From contig JBJFGS010000029.1 of NCBI GenBank assembly GCA_051892935.1, positions 1 through 52,350 of the forward strand: DNA of 52,350 bases, written 5' to 3'. Within the stretch, counting starts at the first letter, position 1; each line of letters starts with the position of its first letter. Below are positions 9,587 to 18,629 of the stretch, piece by piece. A program made the position numbers and the translations under genes. The notes under the pieces are model-generated. The model worked only from the letters and a program-made list of their open reading frames with translations, made no database searches and was not told the origin of the DNA. This DNA comes from Candidatus Coprovivens sp. (GTDB lineage: Bacteria > Bacillota_I > Bacilli_A > RF39 > UBA660).

Positions 9587-9919
9587 TTATTCATCCTTTT
9601 TATTACTTGATAGAAATGTTACTTTTTCAGCAATAACTTCGGTTGAGTATTTTTTTGTTCCGTCTTTATCTTCATAACTATTTACTTGGATTCTTCCTTT
9701 TATACCAACTATATCTCCTTTATGACAATGCTCACTAGTTGATGCTGCAACAGCATTCCATAGTGTACAACGTATGAAATCAGTTTCGTATATACCATCA
9801 ATATTTTTGAAGGTTCGTTGTACAGCTAGTATTAATGATGTTACTTTTTTACCATTTTCTTTGGTGGCAACTTCAACATCATCTGTTAATCTACCAACTA
9901 AAACTACTTGATTTAGCAT
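9587..9919 (-). CDS. ssb: Single-stranded DNA-binding protein, short SsbB-like form
   Basis: MLNQVVLVGRLT...TDFIRCTLW...KGRIQ OB fold; 110 aa with no DLPF tail; AGGAGG RBS. Confidence 0.92.
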   Translation of the reverse strand: MLNQVVLVGRLTDDVEVATKENGKKVTSLILAVQRTFKNIDGIYETDFIRCTLWNAVAASTSEHCHKGDIVGIKGRIQVNSYEDKDGTKKYSTEVIAEKVTFLSSNKKDE

Positions 9920-9941
9920 ATTGTTCCTCCTTTCGAGGAGT

Positions 9942-9970
9942 AAGATAACAAAAGTCGTAATTTAGTGCAA
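9942..9970 (-). promoter_or_regulatory. sigmaA-type promoter of ssb
   Basis: Minus strand TTGCAC-N17-TATCTT with a TG extension. Confidence 0.5.
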
Positions 9971-10050
9971 ATCACTACTTTTTATTTTTGATAGATTTAA
10001 TTTTTTCAAATTATTTTTTTCTTTAGGAAGTTCTATTTTTTTAGATAATT

Positions 10051-10086
10051 AAAATAGCTTCAAAAAAGTAATTTGAAGCTATTTTT
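10051..10086 (-). terminator. Intrinsic terminator downstream of the rdgB pseudogene
   Basis: aaaatagcttcaaa...tttgaagctatttt. Confidence 0.65.
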
Positions 10087-10113
10087 ATTTTTTTTGATAT
10101 TTTTTTAAAAAGT

Positions 10114-10658
10114 TTATTTTTTGATATTTAGGTATTCAATTAATTGGTTATAACCTGTATCGTTCCACATTTTTAGTCTTATTTCATCTTTGAAGTTTCC
10201 TAAAGTTTTAGTTTGTCCTTTAGGAATATGGATAAAGTCGTAACTCCAACCATATTTACCGGATTTTCTTTTAGATATTGCACCTTCTGTTATAGATTTA
10301 AATATTACTGGTTCTTTACCATATTCACAATATGCTAGGGCTTAGATAAAACGTGTACTTCTATTTTCGATACCTTTCATTAGTTTTAAAATACCATCTA
10401 TACCGATTGTGTCACCTACGTAATGAGTGTATGCTGGAAAACTTGAAGGGCATCAATCATTATTCCAGTATCATTTTTTACTACATTGCATTTTAATTGT
10501 TCACTTGCCCATTTAGCTTAGTAAGAAGTAACTTCTTCTACTGTATCTTCTTGTATTTCAGGATTGTCCATTTTTATATTATCTACCTCTACTTTATATG
10601 GTTCTAATATTTCTTTGGCTTGGGTTAGTTTAGCCCAATTGCCGGAGATTTGCAACAC
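10114..10658 (-). pseudogene. rdgB: RdgB/HAM1 non-canonical purine NTP pyrophosphatase pseudogene
   Basis: Manual translation: ISGNWAK...PEIQEDT...*AKWA...KNDTGIMIDALQ/FPAYTHYV..TIGIDGILKLM...RFI*ALAY...GWSYDFIHIPKGQTKT; stops at 10518-10520 and 10342-10344; frameshift near 10440. Confidence 0.85.
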
Positions 10659-10760
10659 ACGACACCATTCAGATTATATAAATAATCATCAATTCTTTGG
10701 TAGCACACGCGAATGGACAAATTGAGATACTATACTAATGGTATAACATAATTTTGCTTT

Positions 10761-12521
10761 TTATTTATTTTTTATTATTCCCATTTGTTTCATAAGATAT
10801 TGGGCATTTGTTGTTTGGCATTTTCCTTCTTTTATTTGATAATCAAAGATTATTTTATTATTAATGTATTTTTCACTAAAATGATAATTCTTTATATCTT
10901 TTTTAGATATTTCACATAGTTCAAAATCGTGGGTAGTTAAAAATACTAGGCAGTTTATATTTACTAGTTGATTTAATGTTTCTTTAGCTCCTAAAATACG
11001 ATCGTTATAGTTAGTTCCTTTAAATATTTCATCGATAAAAATAATTAGTTTATCATCATTGTTTTTACTATAATCTAAGATGTCTTTTATTCTTTTTAGT
11101 TCAGCATAGAATGTAGAAATACCTTTGTTGATGTCATCTTTTACATTAATTGAAGTAAATATTTTAGCTATAGGACAATTAAATGATTTAGCATTAACAT
11201 ATGTTCCGTTATAAGCTAGTATTAAATTTATTCCAATTGTTTTCATAAAGGAAGTTTTACCACTCATATTAGATCCAGTAATTATATTTATGTCTTTTTT
11301 AGATAAGAAGCTATTGGCGATACAAGTATTTTCTTTTAATAAGGGGTGCATAACTGATTGAATATTTAAGTTCCAATTTTTTTCTATTATAGGAAAGGAG
11401 ATATTTTCTTTTACTATGCCTATAGTAGATAGACTTATTAATAGTTCGTATGATTCTAAGGCGTTAATACTTTCTTTAAAGGATGATATATCTTTGTTTA
11501 ATAGTCTATTATACTTATTAATTATTATTAATAATAAAGAGGAGAAAACAGAAAGAATAATGTTTGTAATAAAATTAAATCTTAGAGTATTTAGAGATGT
11601 TATTTTATTTATTTCTTTTAAGATGTTTTCTCCTTTTATTATTCTTTCTTTTAGTAATTTGTTTTTTTCTGATGTAAATTCTTGTTTAGATATAAAACTA
11701 TATATTTTTTTTAAATTACTAAATACTTTTGAACATTCGTTTATATTTTTTAATTCTTTACTATATCTTAGCTTATAACTATACGAATGAATTAATTGGA
11801 TACATATTAATAATAATAGATAGTATATAGGTATTATATTAAAGATAGTTAGTAATCCTATAATAATAGATATATTTGAAATAATTATAGATATAAGAAA
11901 TTCTATTTTATTTTGGAATTTCTTGTTATTAAAGAAATAAAAATATTCTTTGTAATCGATTGTTTCTATTTTAGGTATATTACTTAGTAGGTATTGGAAT
12001 TCAAGAATGAATTCTTTTTTATTTGATAGTTCTTGAATAGATTCTTGATTACTTATAATTTCTTTATGAGTTATTTTGTTTTTTAATGATAAGGAATTAA
12101 TTAGAAGATTTTTCCCTCCTAAAGATTTAGTAAAATTAAGATATTTAAATAGAGAGTTTCCATTAATAATATCTAAATCATTTATAAAATTATCTAAATT
12201 ATCAATGTTTTCTGATGGTTCTTCTTGCCATTTATTATTAGTTCTATTTTCATATTTAATTATTGTTGATATAAAGAATTCTTGTTTTTTTATTTGATTA
12301 GTTATTATTTCGTGATATATAGCGATAATTATAAAGATTATTAAGAAAATGATTGATAGTAAAAGTCCTATATAATTATTAGATGTTAAAGATATAAAGA
12401 TTGTAAAGAATGTAATAACAAATAAAAGAAGTCTTAAATTAGATAGTAAGTTACTTGTTTTATTTTTTTCTTTTATAATATTTTGACTTTCTTTTTTTAT
12501 TTTTAATAATTCTTTATTCAT
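10761..12521 (-). CDS. MutS-related ATPase (domain V) with transmembrane segments
   Basis: ITGSNMSGKTSF, STFYAELKR, IDEIFKGTN, TTHD; hydrophobic N-terminal segments; no mismatch-binding domain. Confidence 0.85.
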   Translation of the reverse strand: MNKELLKIKKESQNIIKEKNKTSNLLSNLRLLLFVITFFTIFISLTSNNYIGLLLSIIFLIIFIIIAIYHEIITNQIKKQEFFISTIIKYENRTNNKWQEEPSENIDNLDNFINDLDIINGNSLFKYLNFTKSLGGKNLLINSLSLKNKITHKEIISNQESIQELSNKKEFILEFQYLLSNIPKIETIDYKEYFYFFNNKKFQNKIEFLISIIISNISIIIGLLTIFNIIPIYYLLLLICIQLIHSYSYKLRYSKELKNINECSKVFSNLKKIYSFISKQEFTSEKNKLLKERIIKGENILKEINKITSLNTLRFNFITNIILSVFSSLLLIIINKYNRLLNKDISSFKESINALESYELLISLSTIGIVKENISFPIIEKNWNLNIQSVMHPLLKENTCIANSFLSKKDINIITGSNMSGKTSFMKTIGINLILAYNGTYVNAKSFNCPIAKIFTSINVKDDINKGISTFYAELKRIKDILDYSKNNDDKLIIFIDEIFKGTNYNDRILGAKETLNQLVNINCLVFLTTHDFELCEISKKDIKNYHFSEKYINNKIIFDYQIKEGKCQTTNAQYLMKQMGIIKNK

Positions 12522-12581
12522 GGTATTCCTCTTTTCATATCAGTTTATTATATCATATAAAAACAAGAAGTTACTTCTTGT

Positions 12582-13373
12582 TTAATCAACGTTTACTCCT
12601 TTATTTAATAATTTTATATTTATTATATAAAGAATTGTTGTAGTAATAATATATACTATTATGGCTAAAAAGATTATTATTTTTATGATACTTGTATCTA
12701 CTATATTATTTGTTATAAATAAATTCATAAGGTCTTTATTAAATAAAGAGATAATGAATAAACTTAGAAGAGCAAATAACTGAGTAGATATATATGATAT
12801 AAAACTAAATATAAGAGTAAATAATATTTTATTGTTATTCTTTTTGTGACCAAGGATTATTCCGGTATAACCTGATTCTAATAAATTAAGCATTTCTAGG
12901 AAGTAGATAAATAATATAGATATAAATAGTATTATAATAGTTGTATTACATGTATCTATATATGGTAATAAGAAGTTTTTAAGATATGTAATATTATCTT
13001 TAGAATAGTAAGCTATAAATATAGTTAATCCTATTATAATAGTACTTATAAATAATGAGATGATTGATGATAAAAATTTTGATAAATAGATAGTACTCTT
13101 TTTTACTGGAATTGTATGAGTTAGATATGATTCATCACCATATAAGTTGTTTTTGAATCTTAACCAAAGACGTAATAAACAATTAATAATAATTGTTACT
13201 ATCATAATAATTGTTATAATACTACATATTTGACCTATTATATTAAAAATAAAAGAATTATCTATATTAATGAATATTCTAGTTAAGAGAGATGATAATA
13301 TAGTTAGTATATAAAAGATACTTAGATATTGTAAGATATTTTTTAAATCATATTTTAATAATTTCTTTAACAT
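12582..13373 (-). CDS. ABC-2 type permease
   Basis: About 6 TM segments; YLTHTIPV..K motif; overlaps the ATPase gene. Confidence 0.8.
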   Translation of the reverse strand: MLKKLLKYDLKNILQYLSIFYILTILSSLLTRIFINIDNSFIFNIIGQICSIITIIMIVTIIINCLLRLWLRFKNNLYGDESYLTHTIPVKKSTIYLSKFLSSIISLFISTIIIGLTIFIAYYSKDNITYLKNFLLPYIDTCNTTIIILFISILFIYFLEMLNLLESGYTGIILGHKKNNNKILFTLIFSFISYISTQLFALLSLFIISLFNKDLMNLFITNNIVDTSIIKIIIFLAIIVYIITTTILYIINIKLLNKGVNVD

Positions 13374-14062
13374 TTGAACATCCTCCTAAATATTTCATCT
13401 ATTGAACCTTTTTCTTTTTTTCTTAGTTCATCAGAATCTGATTGTAAGATTATTTTACCTTTATCAATAAATATTACTTCATCTAATATTCTTTCTATAT
13501 CTGATATTAAATGAGTAGAAATTATGATACTTGCGCCTTCATTAAAGTTAGTTAAAATTGTATCTAAAATATAATCTCTTGTTGCAGGATCGACACCACC
13601 TAAAGGTTCATCTAGTATATATAATTCAGCTTTACGACTCATTACTAAGACTAATTGAACTTTTTCTTGCATTCCTTTACTCATTTTTGATAGTTTTTGA
13701 GAAGTATCTATAGATAAGTCTTTTAATAACTTTTTTGCTTTTTTTGAATCAAAATTGTCATAGAATTCTTCAAAGAAAGTAATTACTTCTTCGACTGTCA
13801 TTTTTTTATCTAAGTATGTTCTTTCTGGAAGATATGCTATTACTTTTTTACTTTCTATACCTATTGGTTCTCCATTAACTAATATTTTTCCACTTGTTGG
13901 AGTTAGTAAATCATTAATAAGTTTGATAAGGGTTGTCTTTCCTGTACCATTCTTACCTAGAAGACCAATTATCTTACCTCTTGGTATTGTGAGATTTATG
14001 TCTTTTAAGACTTTTTTTGAATCAAAATTTTTATTAACATTAATACATTCTAATAATTCCAT
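13367..14062 (-). CDS. ABC transporter ATP-binding protein
   Basis: GKNGTGKT, MSKGM, LDEPLGGVD. Confidence 0.92.
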   Translation of the reverse strand: MELLECINVNKNFDSKKVLKDINLTIPRGKIIGLLGKNGTGKTTLIKLINDLLTPTSGKILVNGEPIGIESKKVIAYLPERTYLDKKMTVEEVITFFEEFYDNFDSKKAKKLLKDLSIDTSQKLSKMSKGMQEKVQLVLVMSRKAELYILDEPLGGVDPATRDYILDTILTNFNEGASIIISTHLISDIERILDEVIFIDKGKIILQSDSDELRKKEKGSIDEIFRRMFKC

Positions 14063-14427
14063 TATTTATCTTCTCCTATACTTTTTAAATAATTTATTGT
14101 TTCTGTATTTGTAAAACCAATATTATTCATGTTTTCAAAGTAGTTTTTTGACAATTCACTAGCATATTTATTTTTTATTTTATCGATAAGTTGTTGATCT
14201 TTAGTAACATATTTACCATTTGTTCTTTCTGTATATATTAGTTTTTGTTCTTCTAATTCTACTAAAGCTTTTTGCATAGTATTGGGATTTACTTTACTTT
14301 GGAAGGCAAGTTCTCTTACAGAAGGTAGCCGTTCCCCACTTTTTAACTTACCAGATATAATATAAATTTTTAATTGTTCAACTAATTGGATATATATTGG
14401 TATATTATTATCAAATTGAAAATTCAT
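14062..14427 (-). CDS. GntR family (YtrA-like) transcriptional regulator
   Basis: PIYIQL...LPSVRELA...VNPNTMQKA; first gene of the ABC operon. Confidence 0.92.
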   Translation of the reverse strand: MNFQFDNNIPIYIQLVEQLKIYIISGKLKSGERLPSVRELAFQSKVNPNTMQKALVELEEQKLIYTERTNGKYVTKDQQLIDKIKNKYASELSKNYFENMNNIGFTNTETINYLKSIGEDK

Positions 14428-14441
14428 AGCCTCTTCCTTTC

Positions 14442-14491
14442 TGTATTACTTGCTTAATACAATGATACATCTCGTATATATTTTATGTCAA
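14442..14491 (-). promoter_or_regulatory. YtrA-type operator plus sigmaA promoter
   Basis: Inverted repeat TGTATTA-N6-TAATACA (14442-14461) just downstream of TTGACA (14486-14491)...TATCAT. Confidence 0.65.
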
Positions 14492-14521
14492 TAAAAAAAT
14501 TATATTTTTTAATATAATTTT

Positions 14522-16459
14522 TTATTTATTCTTTATGTAATCACAAATTATTTTAGCAACATTTTCGTTTCCTATTCGAGCATCTATGCATAAATCATAG
14601 TTGTTTTTATCTCCCCATGTTTGATTAGAAATTATACCATAATAATTAGAACGAAGTTTATTTGATTTAATAATATTTTCTTTGGCTTTTTCTTTTGAAT
14701 CACCATAATTGTTCATAATATTTTTTATTTTATAATCCATTGGAGCGTATATGAATACTTTTACTATATTTTTATTATTTCTTAATATATAGTCAGATGC
14801 TCTACCTACTATTACAGCATTATCTGTTTCGGCTATTTTTTTGATGACATTAGCTTGATTTATTATAGCATCTTTATTGGCATCTAAAGATAGATAGTTG
14901 TCATAAAGTTCTTCAGGAGAATATTCGTTATTAGTTAGCTTGTTTTTTATAGCAAACGATTTTATTTCTTCTTTATCAAAGAACGGAATATTTAGTTCTT
15001 TTGCTACTATACGTGCTATTTCTTTGCCATTTGTTCCATGTTCTCTAGATATTGAAATAATAAGATTATCTATTACTTTATTTTCTTTTATATTCTTAAT
15101 TTTCTTATTATATGAATCACGTAATATTAATATAGAGATTATTGCTGTTAAAACTTCTGATATTGGGAAAGTCCACCATACTATATTTAAGACATTGTTT
15201 GATTTAGTAAATAGAAATGCTATTGGGAAGACAAATATTACTAATCTTAATAAAGCAATCACTAGTGGTCTTAAAGCATATCTAATTGATTGAAGTATAC
15301 CTTGTATTGATACTGATATTCCCATAAAGATGAAACCGATACTAGATATTCTTAATGCTGTTGTACATACTTCAATTATTTCTTTTTCAGTATCTCCTGC
15401 TAGAGCAAATAGATTAGATAAAGGGGATGCAAATATTTCAAATAATATAGTTATGATTAAAGTTATAATTATTGTGTCTTTTATACCATATTTTATGCAA
15501 TCATCTATTCTCTTTTTATCTTTCATACCATAATTAAATGATAATATTGAAATAATTGTATTTGATAAACCGAATGCTGAGAATAAAGCAATTTGTTGAA
15601 TCTTATAGTAGATACCAAAGGAACTTATCATTAGGGTTTGATTTGTTTGAGCTAGTCCTAGTATAGCATTCATACCAGCCATCATAACAGCTAATAGAGC
15701 TTGCATTATTGCTGCAGAAAATCCTATATTATATATTTCTTTTATTATACTAAAATCAGGTTTTATATATTTAAGATTACCATTTATTTCTTTGTTTTTA
15801 ATATAATGGAAGAACATTGCTATAAATAAAGAGATGAATTGTCCTATTATTGTAGCCCAAGCTGCTCCAGTAACTCCCATATTAAAAATATAAATAAAAA
15901 TATAATCTAATACTATATTAGCTAAAGCTCCTGATATTTGGGAGATGGTTGATAATAGTGTTTTTCCTGTAGATTGTAGAAATCTTTCATATACTGTATA
16001 TCCTATTGATCCTAGAGATAAACATGTGCATATTCTTAAATATGTTGTTCCCATATTTAGTATTTCTGGTTCTTTAGTAAATAAAGAGATAAACCATTCA
16101 GCTCCAAATATTCCAAATAATAGAAAAATAATATAAATTATAATACTTAATAGTATTCCATTTCCGGCTATTTTATTTACTTTTTCTTTGTTTTTTTCTC
16201 CTAAACTTTTCGATAATAATGCGTTTACACCAACACCTGTTCCTACGCCAATAGCAATAATCATTATTTGAATTGGGAAGGCATAAGTTAGTGCTTGATT
16301 AGCTATTGCTCCTTTACTTCCCATATTAGCAACAAATATACTATCTACGACATTATATAATGCTTGAAGAATCATTGATATAATCATTGGTAGCCCCATT
16401 TTCCAAAATAGTTTGTTCATTGGAGCTATTGCCATTTTGTTTTGTCTTTCTTCTTTCAT
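14522..16459 (-). CDS. MATE efflux transporter fused to a C-terminal cytidylate-kinase-like domain
   Basis: QALYNVVDSIFV, NIVLDYIFI MATE motifs, about 12 TM; C-terminal ISISREHGTNGKEIA...VGRASDYIL...YDLCID. Confidence 0.9.
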   Translation of the reverse strand: MKEERQNKMAIAPMNKLFWKMGLPMIISMILQALYNVVDSIFVANMGSKGAIANQALTYAFPIQIMIIAIGVGTGVGVNALLSKSLGEKNKEKVNKIAGNGILLSIIIYIIFLLFGIFGAEWFISLFTKEPEILNMGTTYLRICTCLSLGSIGYTVYERFLQSTGKTLLSTISQISGALANIVLDYIFIYIFNMGVTGAAWATIIGQFISLFIAMFFHYIKNKEINGNLKYIKPDFSIIKEIYNIGFSAAIMQALLAVMMAGMNAILGLAQTNQTLMISSFGIYYKIQQIALFSAFGLSNTIISILSFNYGMKDKKRIDDCIKYGIKDTIIITLIITILFEIFASPLSNLFALAGDTEKEIIEVCTTALRISSIGFIFMGISVSIQGILQSIRYALRPLVIALLRLVIFVFPIAFLFTKSNNVLNIVWWTFPISEVLTAIISILILRDSYNKKIKNIKENKVIDNLIISISREHGTNGKEIARIVAKELNIPFFDKEEIKSFAIKNKLTNNEYSPEELYDNYLSLDANKDAIINQANVIKKIAETDNAVIVGRASDYILRNNKNIVKVFIYAPMDYKIKNIMNNYGDSKEKAKENIIKSNKLRSNYYGIISNQTWGDKNNYDLCIDARIGNENVAKIICDYIKNK

Positions 16460-16581
16460 ATTTTTTCTCCTATCTTAGGCGAGAAAAAAGAGGCGTAATC
16501 CATTAACTGGATTTACGCCTCTTTTTTTGAAAGCTACTCGTCACTAATTGATAATTATACTATTTTTTTAAAAATTTTCAA
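16460..16581 (-). promoter_or_regulatory. MATE promoter and 5' leader containing an intrinsic-terminator hairpin (candidate attenuator)
   Basis: TTGAAA...TATAAT (16554-16559), then AAAAAAGAGGCGTAAATCCA-GTTAA-TGGATTACGCCTCTTTTTT before the GGAG RBS. Confidence 0.6.
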
Positions 16582-16629
16582 GAATATTTTTTATAAAAAA
16601 AAGACTTAATAAGTCTTTCTTTATAATAA

Positions 16630-17052
16630 TTATTCAATTTCAATTGTTTTTGTTTTAGGTAATTTTTTAGTTTCTTCTTTTTTAGGGACTTCAATTTTTA
16701 GTATTCCGTTTTTGAATTCAGCATGGATATCTTCTTCTGTTAGATCTTCACCTACATAGAAGCTTCTTGAGCATTCACCATAATATCTTTCTTGACGAAC
16801 GAATTTTTCATCATCATCGTTGTTTTCTTTAACTACACTAGCAGATATTTCTAAATATCCATCTTCTAAAGATAAGTTAATATTTTCTTTTTCATATCCA
16901 GGTAGATCCATTTCAATTATGTATTTATCATTCTTTTCTTTAATATCTGTTTTCATTAAAGTTGGTTGTCTTCTGCTGAAAAAATCATCCTTAAAAAAGT
17001 CATCAAATAAATCAAAACTATTTCTTCTTGGTACTAACATCATATAAATCAT
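16630..17052 (-). CDS. Hsp20/alpha-crystallin small heat shock protein
   Basis: MKTDIKE...DLPG...RQERYYG..SRSF...AEFKNGILKIEVPK; true start probably 17043 or 17040. Confidence 0.95.
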   Translation of the reverse strand: MIYMMLVPRRNSFDLFDDFFKDDFFSRRQPTLMKTDIKEKNDKYIIEMDLPGYEKENINLSLEDGYLEISASVVKENNDDDEKFVRQERYYGECSRSFYVGEDLTEEDIHAEFKNGILKIEVPKKEETKKLPKTKTIEIE

Positions 17053-17145
17053 CTTCCTTTCATAAATGTGTTATCAATGAATGGTAGCACAAACAAATAT
17101 AATTTTAATACCATGTAATAAGCTTTTTTTTCTTATTACAATTTA

Positions 17146-17187
17146 ATGATAACACTTTAATTAGCACTTGTCAATAGTGAGTGCTAA
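17146..17187 (-). promoter_or_regulatory. CIRCE element (HrcA operator) overlapping the -35 of the hsp20 sigmaA promoter
   Basis: TTAGCACTT-N9-GAGTGCTAA at 17161-17187 (1 mismatch to consensus); minus strand TTGACA (17169-17174)-N17-TATCAT (17146-17151). Confidence 0.92.
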
Positions 17188-17301
17188 TTTTTTTATTTTT
17201 TTTTTACTACTGCTAATATTATATCTATCGTATTTATTTTTATACTAAAAAAAGTAGATGCTTATTGAAGTTGTCAACAAAAAGTAGACACGAAAAAAAT
17301 A

Positions 17302-18132
17302 TTATTTAAACCCTAGTTGGGTTCTATACTCAACTGGGGTTTTATATTTTAATGCAAAACTTGGACGATAATTATTATTATCCCAAACAATATCATCAAT
17401 AAATTCTTGAACTGTGGTATAATTATTTTTGTCAAAATCAATATGCATTTCTTTTTTCATCCAGCCGTTTTTAGATTCGATGACTGGGTTATCTGTTGGT
17501 GTACCTGCTCTAGACATGGAGCTGGTTACTTTATAGGAATTAAACATATTGTTAAATGACACTGAGGAATAAACGGCTCCTTGATCTGTATGAACAATAG
17601 TCTCAAGGTTTGCGTATCCTCTTTTTATTTTGTTATTTAACATATCATTTAATGCCTCTCTATGATTTAAAATCCCATTACCATGCATTGATTCTCTTAC
17701 GTCATATCCAACTATTTCATTATTAAAAACATCTAAATAAAATGTCCAGTCATATGGTTTTCCTTTAAATCCAATTGTTGTTGTATCAGATACTACTATT
17801 TCAAATGGCCTTGATACATTCCAATTTCCGTTGACAATATTTTTAAATTTTATAGATTCTTCTCCAGCTGGTTTATATTTATAATGTTTAGCTTTTGATT
17901 TTATATTTAATATCTTACATACTTTATGAACTAAATTATCAGATACACTCCATCCTGTTTCTCGTCTTATTATTGCATTTATTCTATGGTATCCATAACT
18001 TGGTTTTCTTTTATGTATGTTATTAATTAATTCACCTAAATCTCTGCGATTTATTTCATAATTATTTAATATATCTTTATTCTTTAACCATTTATAGTAT
18101 CCTGATCTAGACACTTTTAATAATTCACACAT
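17302..18132 (-). CDS. IS3 transposase OrfB (rve DDE domain); frame open upstream to the slippery site
   Basis: VSRSGYYKW, YGYHRI, VSDTT / HTDQG / DNPVIES DDE triad. Confidence 0.93.
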   Translation of the reverse strand: MCELLKVSRSGYYKWLKNKDILNNYEINRRDLGELINNIHKRKPSYGYHRINAIIRRETGWSVSDNLVHKVCKILNIKSKAKHYKYKPAGEESIKFKNIVNGNWNVSRPFEIVVSDTTTIGFKGKPYDWTFYLDVFNNEIVGYDVRESMHGNGILNHREALNDMLNNKIKRGYANLETIVHTDQGAVYSSVSFNNMFNSYKVTSSMSRAGTPTDNPVIESKNGWMKKEMHIDFDKNNYTTVQEFIDDIVWDNNNYRPSFALKYKTPVEYRTQLGFK

Positions 18133-18188
18133 TGATTTAATATTATATTCTTTACTTAATAATTCGATAATTTCATATTTTGCTTGTG

Positions 18189-18536
18189 TTATTTCATGAA
18201 TTTTACATACGTACCATCTTCTTTCATTAGGAATCCTTTTTTTAACATTTCATTCTCTATTCTTAATTTCATATTTTCATATTCTAACTGTTCTTCTTTT
18301 GTTAAATTCTTTTTTTTAGAATACTTGCTTAGTGGATTTCCTGGTTTGGTTTTATTTATTAAACCTTCAATTCCTTTTTCATTATATTTCTTCACCCACT
18401 GAAAAATTAAACCAATATTTATGCCAGTTTCTTTTGAAACTTGAGTTTGACTTTTAAAATTTTCTAAAATAGGTTTTATTATTTCGTATTTTTCTTTTTC
18501 TGTTCTTATTTTTTGTTTTTGACCCTTAATTGCCAT
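18189..18536 (-). CDS. IS3 transposase OrfA (HTH)
   Basis: HTH ...QWVKKYNEKGIEGL, leucine-zipper LRIENEMLKK; A7 slippery run at 18237-18243. Confidence 0.9.
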   Translation of the reverse strand: MAIKGQKQKIRTEKEKYEIIKPILENFKSQTQVSKETGINIGLIFQWVKKYNEKGIEGLINKTKPGNPLSKYSKKKNLTKEEQLEYENMKLRIENEMLKKGFLMKEDGTYVKFMK

Positions 18537-18629
18537 ATTATCATCTCCTTTATTAAATTATAACAAAAATAAAAGCATACACTTTTTTTTGTGTACACTT
18601 TTATATTACAACTTCAATGCTTATCTACT

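Larger units (their letters stand above)
17266..18616 (-). mobile_element. IS3-family insertion sequence (IS150-like), 1351 bp
   Basis: Terminal IRs TGAAGTTGTcaacAAAAGTagACAC / TGAAGTTGTaatatAAAAGTgtACAC with TG...CA ends; orfA and orfB; flanking direct repeat ATGCTTAT. Confidence 0.93.

Noticed and set aside
10342-10520. Stop-codon recoding in the rdgB-like frame
   Set aside because: The stops are TAA, the commonest terminator here, and a frameshift is also present, so decay is the simpler explanation
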